A stretch of 53,556 bases of DNA, taken from positions 1 to 53,556 of IMG/VR virus record IMGVR_UViG_3300004184_000007; one strand, 5' to 3'. The DNA comes from a virus. Taxonomy: Duplodnaviria > Caudoviricetes. Positions 1-8,055 of the stretch are shown piece after piece. Numbering within the stretch: the stretch's first letter is position 1; each line of letters begins with the position of its first letter. The position numbers were made by a program, and so were the translations under genes. The notes under the pieces were generated by a model, which saw only the letters and a list, made by a program, of their open reading frames with translations, did not search any database and was not told the DNA's origin.

Positions 1-25
1 GGGTTCGAATCCCTCACCCCGAACC
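1..25 (+). tRNA. 3' end of a tRNA (T-arm plus 3' acceptor strand); probable att core, truncated by window start
   Basis: GGG-TTCGAAT-CCC T-loop, then TC-ACCCCGA-A-CC, directly downstream of a tyrosine integrase. Isotype cannot be determined from this fragment. Confidence 0.75.
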
Positions 26-1307
26 CAAATCTGACTGGTTTTGTAGGTGTTTTCGAGCGGGGGCCAGTCCCCTGGGACGTTCCCTGGGACGTTCGCTGCG
101 CTGCGGAGGGGGAGACGAGACACGCAGGGAGCGGGGGGAACACCTGCCCGAAGCCCGCGCGGAGGTTCTCCGCCTCGCGCACGTACCCCATCGTGGTCGC
201 GAGGTCCTTGTGCCCCGCCCGGTGCATGATCTTCAGGGGCTCGTCGCCACGGATCGCGGCCCACGTCGTGCCCGTCGCGCGCAGGTCGTGGAAGGTCAGC
301 TGCTTCCTCGTCGCGTCGCCCGCGAAGAGCTCGGCGCGCTTCACGCCGGCCGCCTTGAGGTTCTTCCGCAGCTGGCCCGCCCGGTAGCGGTGGAGGGGCC
401 AGGGGTCGAAGAGCATCACGGCGTCGGGGCGCTCGTCGCGCATCGCCCGCAGGAGCGGCAGTAGCTGGGGCTCGATCTCGAGCCGCCGGGTGGCCTTGCC
501 CTTCGTGCCGCGGATCTCGCCGGAGTCGGGGTCGACAGCCCGGTGCACGAGGGCGGAGCCGTGCTCGAGGTCGAGGTCCTCCCAGAAGAGCGCTTCCACC
601 TCGCCGGCGCGCGGGTAGAGGTAGACCGTGACCGCGTAGGCCCGGCGCTCCTCGAGAGGGATCGCTTCGCACGCCACCAGCTGCAGGAGCTCGTCGGGGT
701 AGAGGTAGGGCTTGCTCTTCTTCGCGCCCCGCTCGGGCGGCTCGATGTCCCGGCAGGGGTTGTCGGCGCGGCAGCGCAGGGCCTTGACCTTGCCCTTCGA
801 GGCCTCGTGCATCGCGCGGGAGAGCAGCCCCCAGGTGTTCTGCGCCGTCTTCCACGACAGCCGCTTGGCCTGCACCTGGGTGTCGATCCACTCCACCCAG
901 GCCTCGACGTCGGCGGAGGTGAGGGTCGCCACCTGCAGCGCGCCGAGGCGCGGCTCGACCCAGGTCTTCCACCGCCCCTTGTCGGACCGGGCGGACTTGA
1001 GCCCCCGGGCGGTGCGAGAGTCGAACCACCGGCCCGACCAGGCCGTGAGGGTCTCGCCGACGGCGGCCGCCGGGGAGGCCGGGGCCGCGGTGATCGACGG
1101 TGAGATCTTCCCCGACCTCACCCCGGCCGCAATGGTCAGGGCCGCCCGCTCTGCCCGCTTCCGCTGGTTGTACGTGATGGTGGCGGGGAGGTTGTGCCAG
1201 GGCCGCTTGCCGTTGTGGTTGACCCTGCAGCGCCAGTGGTCGGTGGGCTTCGGGTCGTCAGGGTTTCCGACCCATTCGAGGGACCCCGTGGTGCGCTTCG
1301 CTGGCAT
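1..1307 (-). CDS. int: Tyrosine recombinase / phage integrase; 3' end runs off the window through the att site
   Basis: Manual translation from ATG 1307 (MPAKRTTGSLEW...) gives catalytic motifs LYPRAGEV (R), TKG (K), FHDLRATG (HxxR), AGH and TMGY (Y). No stop before base 1 (...KPVRFGFGVRDSN), so it is absent from the ORF track. Confidence 0.93.
   Translation of the reverse strand, partial: MPAKRTTGSLEWVGNPDDPKPTDHWRCRVNHNGKRPWHNLPATITYNQRKRAERAALTIAAGVRSGKISPSITAAPASPAAAVGETLTAWSGRWFDSRTARGLKSARSDKGRWKTWVEPRLGALQVATLTSADVEAWVEWIDTQVQAKRLSWKTAQNTWGLLSRAMHEASKGKVKALRCRADNPCRDIEPPERGAKKSKPYLYPDELLQLVACEAIPLEERRAYAVTVYLYPRAGEVEALFWEDLDLEHGSALVHRAVDPDSGEIRGTKGKATRRLEIEPQLLPLLRAMRDERPDAVMLFDPWPLHRYRAGQLRKNLKAAGVKRAELFAGDATRKQLTFHDLRATGTTWAAIRGDEPLKIMHRAGHKDLATTMGYVREAENLRAGFGQVFPPLPACLVSPSAAQRTSQGTSQGTGPRSKTPTKPVRFGFGVRDSN
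70..93. repeat. 12-bp perfect tandem direct repeat CCCTGGGACGTT x2; candidate integrase arm-type sites
   Basis: Copies at 70-81 and 82-93, about 45 bp from the att core. Confidence 0.55.
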
Positions 1308-1320
1308 GGAGCCCGGGACG

Positions 1321-1719
1321 CTACCGCGGGTTGAGGCGCAACGTCCCGCCGCTGGCCGCGACGAGGCCTTCGAGGCTGTCGGGGTCGAGTAGGCCTGGGT
1401 TCGCCGCCGCCTCCCGACTCTCCGACGCCACCCACGCGAGCACGGCCTCCTTCGGCGCGAGCCACTGGCGCTTCCAGAGCTTCGCCCCGGGGATGGCGCC
1501 CGACCGACAGGCCTCGACGTAGGAGTCCGGGTGGATCCACGGGGGGAGGGTCTTCTGGCTGAGGTAGCCGAGGTCGCGCCCCTCCCGCTCGGCGCGCACG
1601 AGCTGCACCCGCACGACGGCATCGGCGATGCGCTCCGCCAGGGCGTCGATGAGCAGGTCCAGGACCCGCGCCGCCACCGACGGCCGCACGGGGAGGGCAA
1701 TCGCGTCACGGTCAGCCAT
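1321..1719 (-). CDS. Excisionase-like winged-HTH protein
   Basis: Adjacent to int; SYVEACRSGAIPGAKLWKRQWLAPKEAVLAW resembles the HTH_17/Xis signature. Start MADRD at 1719. Confidence 0.6.
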   Translation of the reverse strand: MADRDAIALPVRPSVAARVLDLLIDALAERIADAVVRVQLVRAEREGRDLGYLSQKTLPPWIHPDSYVEACRSGAIPGAKLWKRQWLAPKEAVLAWVASESREAAANPGLLDPDSLEGLVAASGGTLRLNPR

Positions 1720-1999
1720 CGGAGGCCTCCCTTCGGCGCACGGCCTCGGCGCCAGCATCGAGCATCTGTCGGCGGAGCATCCGGAGGCCGAGGCTGCGCT
1801 CGTCCCCTTCGAACGCGCCCGGAACTGCCCTCGACAGCCCGACGAGGACCGCGTCGAGAGCGGCGAGCGCGACGTCGCGGTCCCTCGTCACCCACGTGAG
1901 GTCGCTGGCGTGAACTCGGCGCTGCTCCTCGTCGGCCTGGTCGAGCGCGGCCAGGCGGGCGGCCTCAGCGGCGAGCTGCTCGGCGAACGAGTCAGCCAC
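1712..1999 (-). CDS. Hypothetical protein
   Basis: GTG start with GGGAGG SD; 8-nt overlap with the next gene. Confidence 0.6.
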   Translation of the reverse strand: MADSFAEQLAAEAARLAALDQADEEQRRVHASDLTWVTRDRDVALAALDAVLVGLSRAVPGAFEGDERSLGLRMLRRQMLDAGAEAVRRREASDG

Positions 2000-2087
2000 G
2001 GGACACCACCTCCCACCGGCGGTGGCTGCCATCGACGACGATGCGCCACGTCCAGCCGTACTTGTCGCGGATGAGGAGGTCAGCCAC
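1992..2087 (-). CDS. 31-aa micro-ORF (MADLLIRDKYGWTWRIVVDGSHRRWEVVSRG)
   Basis: Exactly fills the gap between two genes, with GTGGCTGA start/stop overlaps at both ends; below the ORF-track cutoff. Confidence 0.55.
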   Translation of the reverse strand: MADLLIRDKYGWTWRIVVDGSHRRWEVVSRG

Positions 2088-2391
2088 GGCGGGCCTCGAT
2101 CGCTGCGATGATGGCGGCTTCGAGTTCGTCCTCGGCGTCCTCGCGTGCTGCCGTCTGGAAGTCGTACTGGGTCACCTCGAAGGGCTGCTGACGGGCGCGC
2201 CGCACCGTCTGCACGAGGTCGATGATGCTCGTGCGCTCGGCCTTCGCCCCCGCCGCGCGGGCGTGGCTCAGGCTGTTGAGCACCCGTCGGAGGTCGGACT
2301 TCGCCACGCTGGTGGCGTCACCCTCGTAATCCACCGCTTCGAGGGCGCGGCGAAGGCGTGCGAGGGCCGCGGCGGTTCGCTCAGTCGCCAT
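2080..2391 (-). CDS. Hypothetical protein
   Basis: GC3-biased ORF coupled to its neighbours. Confidence 0.65.
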   Translation of the reverse strand: MATERTAAALARLRRALEAVDYEGDATSVAKSDLRRVLNSLSHARAAGAKAERTSIIDLVQTVRRARQQPFEVTQYDFQTAAREDAEDELEAAIIAAIEARRG

Positions 2392-2611
2392 CGCCCACCT
2401 CCACGTCCATCAGCCACCACATCTCGCGCACCGCCCGCGCCGTGCCCTCGCCGCGCACGGCCGCCGCGTCGACCGGCGGCTCGCCGACCGGCAGCCGCGT
2501 CGCGCGCACCGGTGCGCGCCGTCGGCGGGCGAGGCGGACCACTTCGAGGGTGCCCTGCTCGCGGGCCGCGTCGAGCTCGTGCGCCAGGGCGCTGTTGTCG
2601 AGGGGGGTCAT
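2381..2611 (-). CDS. Hypothetical protein (MTPLDNSALAHEL...)
   Basis: ATG overlapping the upstream stop; GGAGG SD. Confidence 0.55.
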   Translation of the reverse strand: MTPLDNSALAHELDAAREQGTLEVVRLARRRRAPVRATRLPVGEPPVDAAAVRGEGTARAVREMWWLMDVEVGDGD

Positions 2612-3594
2612 TGGAGAACCGCCTCTCGGGTGGGGGCGTCGACGAGTAGCGCTACTCCGAGGAGCGCGAGGTCGGCGTCGAGAGCACGCGCGGCCGCGAG
2701 GGACATCGGCCCGAGCTCGCGGTAGAGCGACCCCGCCGGGAGGTGGTTGGCGCCCGCGAAGATCTCGGCGCGCGCGGCGGGCGCCAGGGCCTGCCAGTCG
2801 GCGTCGAGCACCCATCGGGAGGTCTCGGCGGGAGGCTTCTTGGTGGGCTTCTTCGCGGGCGCCGCAGGCTTCTTGGACTTCGCCCTGGCCGCGGCGGCGA
2901 CGTGCACGGCCTCCCACCATCCGTCGGCCAGGTCGAGCCCCTTGTACAAGCCGCCGACGCGCAGGGAGAGCGCGCCGTCGACGATCTCGGCCGAGTCCGC
3001 CCAGGCCACCGGGCACACGTCGCCCTCGTCGAGCGCTACGCCCGCGCCGAGGTCTTCGTCGCGCACGAGGCCCGCGACCACCCGCCGCCCGATGGTGGTC
3101 ACCGCATCGTCGCCCACCCGCAAGAGGTGTGAGGGGGCCGTGGGCGCGCGCCGCTCGAAGCACCCGGGCGCGAGCGACTCCAGGCGCGCCGCGATCGACG
3201 CGGGTACCACCGTGCGCCAGCGATCGTCGGCGTCCGGGGCCGTGGACTCCGGGGTCCAGAGCACCAGTGTCTGCGGGTCGAGCGCTTCCTGGTGCGCGAT
3301 CGGCTCCCAGCCCTCGATGGCGACGAGCTCGACGAGGGGGTCGGCGTCCACCGCGGGTGACGGCGCGACCACCGGGGCCGGCGCGCCCACCATCGGGAGC
3401 GCGAGCTGCTGCGGCGGGAGGACGGCGCCCGCCCGGGTGCGGCCGGTGAAGGTCGCGACGGGCTCGCCGTCGGCCGCCCGCCACTCGATGTGCGTGCGGT
3501 CGGCGGTACTGCTCATCACGACCTCGACGCCCGGCAGCACGCCGCGGAGGGCGAGGGCGATGGCCGCCCGGAGGTCGGTCGCGTCGCCGCCCAT
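2608..3594 (-). CDS. Hypothetical protein (MGGDATDLRAAIAL...)
   Basis: Coding-like GC3 bias; TGATG coupling to the upstream gene. Confidence 0.65.
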   Translation of the reverse strand: MGGDATDLRAAIALALRGVLPGVEVVMSSTADRTHIEWRAADGEPVATFTGRTRAGAVLPPQQLALPMVGAPAPVVAPSPAVDADPLVELVAIEGWEPIAHQEALDPQTLVLWTPESTAPDADDRWRTVVPASIAARLESLAPGCFERRAPTAPSHLLRVGDDAVTTIGRRVVAGLVRDEDLGAGVALDEGDVCPVAWADSAEIVDGALSLRVGGLYKGLDLADGWWEAVHVAAAARAKSKKPAAPAKKPTKKPPAETSRWVLDADWQALAPAARAEIFAGANHLPAGSLYRELGPMSLAAARALDADLALLGVALLVDAPTREAVLQ

Positions 3595-4376
3595 CACGCC
3601 ACCGCCCGGATCTGCTCGACCTGCGCCACGAGCTGCTCGAGCGCGTCCAGGCCCCCCGCGCGCTTCACGATCCCGGCCACGCGGGCGAGGAGGTCGGAGG
3701 GAGGCGCCGGCGAGGGCGGGGCCGGAGGCTGGACGGGGGCAACGGCTTCGACGGGCGCCGGAGCGCGCTTCGCCCTCGACGGCTTCGCCACCCTCCTCGG
3801 TCCCCGCCCGCCCTGCGTCGCCCGCCCCGGCGGCGGCTCTCCGCTGGCCTCTGCCTTGGCGAGCGCCACGACCCACGCCCGCCCCTGCTCGGGCGTCTCC
3901 CGGTGCGCGCTCCTGCGCTTCTGCGCGCGGTCACGGTCCGCCGTGCAGAGGTCGCGCAGCGCCGCGTGCAGCTTGTCGCTGTAGGGCGCCGACGGGCTGC
4001 CGCAGGCCGCGCACGGGCCCATCGACGGATGCATGACGCGTCCGGCGATGGGGATGCCGGGGCCCGGCTCCTCGGGCGCAGGCCCGACGGCATCGACCGG
4101 GCGCATGGCCACCCGGGCGCGCGGCGGGACGGCCTTCACCGCCAGCGGCCCCGGGGGCTGGATCTCCGCGCCGCCCTGGGTCGCGAGCGTGGCCGAGAGC
4201 ACCGCCTTCTGGGCCGCGGTGATGCTGGGCGACCACGTGTGCACCTTCCCGTCGTGCACCAGGGCGGCGGGCACCTTGGAGGCGGTGACCGCCTTGCGCG
4301 CGGCGGCGGGATCGTCGAAGGACTTCGCGAGACCCGCCAGCTTGCCCGAGATTTCCCAGAGGTCGTAGGTGCTCAC
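3594..4376 (-). CDS. Hypothetical protein with CxxC motif
   Basis: GTGA coupling; CAACG...LC motif. Confidence 0.65.
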   Translation of the reverse strand: MSTYDLWEISGKLAGLAKSFDDPAAARKAVTASKVPAALVHDGKVHTWSPSITAAQKAVLSATLATQGGAEIQPPGPLAVKAVPPRARVAMRPVDAVGPAPEEPGPGIPIAGRVMHPSMGPCAACGSPSAPYSDKLHAALRDLCTADRDRAQKRRSAHRETPEQGRAWVVALAKAEASGEPPPGRATQGGRGPRRVAKPSRAKRAPAPVEAVAPVQPPAPPSPAPPSDLLARVAGIVKRAGGLDALEQLVAQVEQIRAVA

Positions 4377-4579
4377 GCGGCGGCCCTCCCAGTCTGCTCG
4401 GCCTGCCCGCCCTGCCCGTCCAGCACCGCCTCAGCCGCGAGCTCTTCCGACGACGCGCTCATGCGCCACGCCCGGCGACGCGACTCCAGCATCCGCCCCT
4501 CGGCCTGGCTCGCGCTGCACCCGAGGTGCGAGGCGAGCCATTCGGCCAGCGACTCCGTATATCCCTGCTCATTCGACAT
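4373..4579 (-). CDS. Small hypothetical protein
   Basis: AGGAG SD before ATG; coupled to the next gene. Confidence 0.55.
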   Translation of the reverse strand: MSNEQGYTESLAEWLASHLGCSASQAEGRMLESRRRAWRMSASSEELAAEAVLDGQGGQAEQTGRAAA

Positions 4580-4692
4580 CGGCCATTCTCCTGCTGCTGC
4601 TGTTACTGCTGCTCAGTCGGATATCGGCGGACCGGCGTGCCTATGACGACACCAGCGCCCGAGGCGCGGCCGGTCCTGGGGTCACACGGTCG

Positions 4693-5694
4693 TCAGCTCT
4701 CGGGCGTGCCGCGATAGACGATCACACCCGTCTTGCTGGTGAAGTCGGCCGCGGCGTCCGCCACCGCGTCCTCCAGGGCGAGGTCCGCCCGGTGGACGGT
4801 CAGCGTCCAGGCGCACCGCTGGCCCGCGATCTTCGTCGAGAGCCGCACGGGCAGCTTGTACGCGGCGCCGCCCTGCACCACCGGCACCTCGATGACGAGG
4901 AGCTGCGGGAGCGTGACGCGGCCTCGCTCCTCGCCCGTGCTCTCCGCCGTCGCCTCCGACTTGAAGATGATGTTGACGTTCCCGTGCGCGTCGCGCTCCT
5001 CGGTCGCGCGCGTCTCGACGTGCATCGAGATCCGGCGCGCGAGCCGCAGGAGCTGCGACGGCGAGGCGATCACCCGGCGGGCGGCGAGGTCGAGCATGTC
5101 GCCGTCGAGGGTGCCGTCGGGCGCGTCGTCGTCGCCCCCGACCAGGGCCCGCGCGATGTCCATCACCCGGGCGCCGGCCGCCTCGGGTCCGCGGATCTCG
5201 GTCACGCGCGACTCGAGGAAGGCCGCGAGTTCGGCCTGCCCCATCGGCTTGCCGCTCACGCCCTGCCACGCCTTCCACGGGTCGGAGAGCGGGAAGGCGT
5301 AGGTGGCCCGGTGGTCGCCGTGGCGGGCCTGCCCCTGGATGGTGTCGAGGTGCGTGTCCTGGCCGCAGTTGTAGTTGTAGACCACGGACAGCTTCGCGGC
5401 CGTCGCGCTCGCGTCGAGCCAGGCCACCGTGTCGCCGTCCTTGTGCCGCGCGACGTGGGCCTGGAGCGAGTCGAGGGTCTGGTGCTGGCTCGTGCCCTTG
5501 GCGCGGGCGGGGTACTCGCGGCGGGCGTCCAGCATCGGGAGCGGGTCAACCACCTGCATCCCATCGGGGATGACGAGGAGCGAGGCGCCATCGTGGTCGC
5601 CGCGCGAAGCCTCGATGCTGGTCGGCTCGTGCGCCTCGCGGCTGGCCTCGAATACCGCCGCCATATCGGACACATTCTCTTCGTTGATCGCCAT
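4693..5694 (-). CDS. DUF2303 (YfdQ-like) phage protein
   Basis: HRATYAFPLSDPWKAW...MGQAELAAFLE...IEVPVVQGG...VYRGTP pattern typical of DUF2303; AAGGAGG SD; follows a YfdP-like gene. Confidence 0.8.
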   Translation of the reverse strand: MAINEENVSDMAAVFEASREAHEPTSIEASRGDHDGASLLVIPDGMQVVDPLPMLDARREYPARAKGTSQHQTLDSLQAHVARHKDGDTVAWLDASATAAKLSVVYNYNCGQDTHLDTIQGQARHGDHRATYAFPLSDPWKAWQGVSGKPMGQAELAAFLESRVTEIRGPEAAGARVMDIARALVGGDDDAPDGTLDGDMLDLAARRVIASPSQLLRLARRISMHVETRATEERDAHGNVNIIFKSEATAESTGEERGRVTLPQLLVIEVPVVQGGAAYKLPVRLSTKIAGQRCAWTLTVHRADLALEDAVADAAADFTSKTGVIVYRGTPES

Positions 5695-5698
5695 TGAG

Positions 5699-6115
5699 CT
5701 AGACCTCCTTCGCCTTCCTGAACTCGCCGCCCTCGGACTCCGTGCTGGACTCGCGCCCACCGGCCAGCTTCTCCAGGGGAAGCCGCTTCTGCACCGGCGC
5801 CTCCGTGGAGAGGTTCCCGCCCTTGGTCACCCAGAGGTTGAGCTCGCGGCCCTTGCCCTTCGGCTCCTTCACATTGACGTCCGCAAGGATGTCCGCGTGC
5901 CCCTTGAGGACGCTGATCTTGAGCGAGAGCGTGAACTCGCCCGTGACCTTCGCGTCCTTCGCCGCGGACGCCGCGCGCAGCTTCGCGACGAGCTTCTGGA
6001 GCTTCTCGCTCGCCTCGTCGTTGAGGCTCTCCTCGCCCTCGTCGCGCATCCCCGCGAGGAGCACGGCGAAGGAGCGCGGGCCTTCCTTCAACGGATCAAA
6101 CTTCTCTTCCGCCAT
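5699..6115 (-). CDS. YfdP-like partner of DUF2303
   Basis: GEFTLSLKI...VKEP...LWVTKGGNLSTEAPVQKRL pattern and position upstream of DUF2303. Confidence 0.65.
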   Translation of the reverse strand: MAEEKFDPLKEGPRSFAVLLAGMRDEGEESLNDEASEKLQKLVAKLRAASAAKDAKVTGEFTLSLKISVLKGHADILADVNVKEPKGKGRELNLWVTKGGNLSTEAPVQKRLPLEKLAGGRESSTESEGGEFRKAKEV

Positions 6116-6153
6116 CGGCGTCTCTCCAATGAACATCGCCCGTGATTGAGCGG

Positions 6154-6256
6154 CGGCCCCGATGCGATTCGGACGCATCTCCACCCCCTCCAGCGTGTCG
6201 AGCGCCTTCGGGGGCGTATCCGGGTGCGCGACACAGGCCATATGGCGCGCGGGGCC
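6154..6256 (-). ncRNA. Candidate tRNA-like structured RNA
   Basis: GGCCCCG/CGGGGCC acceptor-like stem; ATGCG-TCCGAAT-CGCAT T-arm-like hairpin; GG-containing D-like loop; enlarged anticodon arm. Confidence 0.4.
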
Positions 6257-6303
6257 GGAGGTGCCCCGCCCATCCATGTTGGAAGAGCGGGGCGGGAGTC
6301 AGG

Positions 6304-6954
6304 TCAGAAGGGGATGTCGTCGCTCCCGGTGGCGTTGAAGTCGTCCACGGGGAAGTCGTCGCGGGTCGCCACCGGCCTCCGCACCTCCGGCCCCCGCGTG
6401 GGCTGCACGGGGGCGGGGCGGGCGGGAGCGGGGCGGGCGGGAGCGGGCGCCGGAGCCCCGGTCGCCTTCGCGCTCGCGGTCGCGGCCTGAGCGCGCGCCT
6501 TCATCTGGGCGAAGAAGGCCTTCTTCGCGTCGACCGGGGGCGGGGCGAACGCCTTGAGCGTCTGGCCCCCGCGCGGGGCGTTGATGAACTTCGCCTGCGC
6601 GTAGCCGTTCTGGTTGATCCCGATCACCACCTCGACGTCGCCCTGGTCGAGGCCACCCACGTCCTCGTCGATGGTGTCGAGGTCGCCCTGCAGGCCCATG
6701 GCGCGCAGCGCCTCCATGGAGCGGTCGGCCGTGGTGCGGCCGTTCTTGTCGGCCTTGTCGGTGTCGAAGTAGAGGCGCCCGCGCACCTCCTCGCCCGACG
6801 CGAGCCGCAGGATCAGCGCGAGGCAGACCCCGCCGCTCTGCGCGGTGTCCCACAGCCAGCGCACGGCGCGGGCGGGGTGCTTGGAGCCATCGAGGAGGCC
6901 CTGGGTGTGGTCGTATCCGATATCGGAAGGGCTGTTATCGTGTTCGGTCGTCAT
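6304..6954 (-). CDS. Single-stranded DNA-binding protein (DUF669-like, Sak4 partner)
   Basis: Compact beta-rich core, Pro/Ala linker, acidic C-terminal DDIPF tail; directly downstream of the AAA_24 gene. Confidence 0.75.
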   Translation of the reverse strand: MTTEHDNSPSDIGYDHTQGLLDGSKHPARAVRWLWDTAQSGGVCLALILRLASGEEVRGRLYFDTDKADKNGRTTADRSMEALRAMGLQGDLDTIDEDVGGLDQGDVEVVIGINQNGYAQAKFINAPRGGQTLKAFAPPPVDAKKAFFAQMKARAQAATASAKATGAPAPAPARPAPARPAPVQPTRGPEVRRPVATRDDFPVDDFNATGSDDIPF

Positions 6955-6981
6955 GGTCGTGGTCTTTTCTGCGTTGTGCGA

Positions 6982-8004
6982 TCAGGCGTTGGGGTTGCTG
7001 GAAGAGAGGGCGTTGTCGGTTGAGGCGGCCTCGCGCGTCGCGATGCCTGCGGTCACCCGCGAGAGCATCCCGGCGAGGCGCGCGGCGTCGTGGGGCGTGG
7101 ACTCGGCGGCCACGCGCGCGGTTTCCCCTGCGGTGGCGTCGAGGGCGGTCAAGCGCGCGATGGCGCTGGTGAGCTCGGCGCGGATCGCGTCGGCCACCTC
7201 ACGCGCGCCGCGGTTGAGCCCGTCCGCGAGCACGGACCAGGGGGCCTCGACGGGCATCTCGATCTGGGGCGGGAGCCGGTAGCGGTTCTTCGCAACCCAG
7301 CCGGGGGACTCCTCCGTCTCGACGACGCGCCGGTTGCCCACGCCCTTGGTGCGGCCCGTCTCGGTCTTCTGGCCGAAGGTCTCGCGCCGGGCGAAGAGCA
7401 CCGCGTCGAAGCTCTCGTAGAAGAGCCCTGCCACTCGCTTGTCGACCTTGAGCGTCCAGCGCTCCCAGTCCTCGCCGGAGGGATTGGGCACCTTCTCGAT
7501 CTTGCTGTGCGCGATCAGCACGATTCGCATCCGGCGCTTCGTGCGGAGCGTCTCCATCTCGCGAGCGAGGACGCGAAAGGCCTCGTAGGCTGCGACAAAA
7601 CCCTTGCCAAACCCGAAGCTTTCGATTGAAGACTTCCGCTCGGTCCGGCAGACGTGTTGCCAGCAAAGCCACTCGGCGCGGTCGAGGGTGTCGACCACCA
7701 GCGTCTTGAAGGGGTGCTCTTCGGTGATGAGCCACCGCACGGTGGCCAGGAGCTGGTCCCACGACTCGATGGTGTCGTCGCGGTCGACGTCGAGTTGCTT
7801 CGTCCCATGCTCCAGGTCGAGAAAGAACGGCGCGGGCGCGTCGGCGCAGAGCGTCGACTTCCCGACGCCGGGGGCGCCGTGGATGACGATGCGCTCGGGG
7901 TCGGCCTGGATACCGCGCGTGATCTTGGGCGCGAAGGGCACGGGCGCAGGACGGCTGTTCGTCTGTGGCGGGTTGTTCGGATTGTTCGTGTTCGGGGCGT
8001 TCAT
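6982..8004 (-). CDS. AAA_24 ATPase / Sak4-like ssDNA annealing protein
   Basis: Walker A HGAPGVGKST, FLDLEHG, Walker B LVVDTLD, GFGKG, LIAHS, AKNRY. Confidence 0.88.
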   Translation of the reverse strand: MNAPNTNNPNNPPQTNSRPAPVPFAPKITRGIQADPERIVIHGAPGVGKSTLCADAPAPFFLDLEHGTKQLDVDRDDTIESWDQLLATVRWLITEEHPFKTLVVDTLDRAEWLCWQHVCRTERKSSIESFGFGKGFVAAYEAFRVLAREMETLRTKRRMRIVLIAHSKIEKVPNPSGEDWERWTLKVDKRVAGLFYESFDAVLFARRETFGQKTETGRTKGVGNRRVVETEESPGWVAKNRYRLPPQIEMPVEAPWSVLADGLNRGAREVADAIRAELTSAIARLTALDATAGETARVAAESTPHDAARLAGMLSRVTAGIATREAASTDNALSSSNPNA

Positions 8005-8055
8005 CGGGCTCTCTTTCGTGTTCGTTGTGGTCAATGGACTTCGCGCGCTGTCGGC

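Noticed and set aside
2644-2657. GAGTAGCGCTACTC palindrome resembling the operator
   Set aside because: Half-sites lack the 4-bp spacer and it lies within a coding region; probably chance.
6410-6447. 15-bp tandem repeat in ssb
   Set aside because: Encodes the APARP linker before the acidic tail; ordinary low complexity.
7590-7640. AT-richer patch inside the AAA_24 gene as a hidden promoter
   Set aside because: TTGCCA is present but I find no properly spaced -10; it coincides with a conserved Phe/Lys/Gly motif and may be a mosaic patch.
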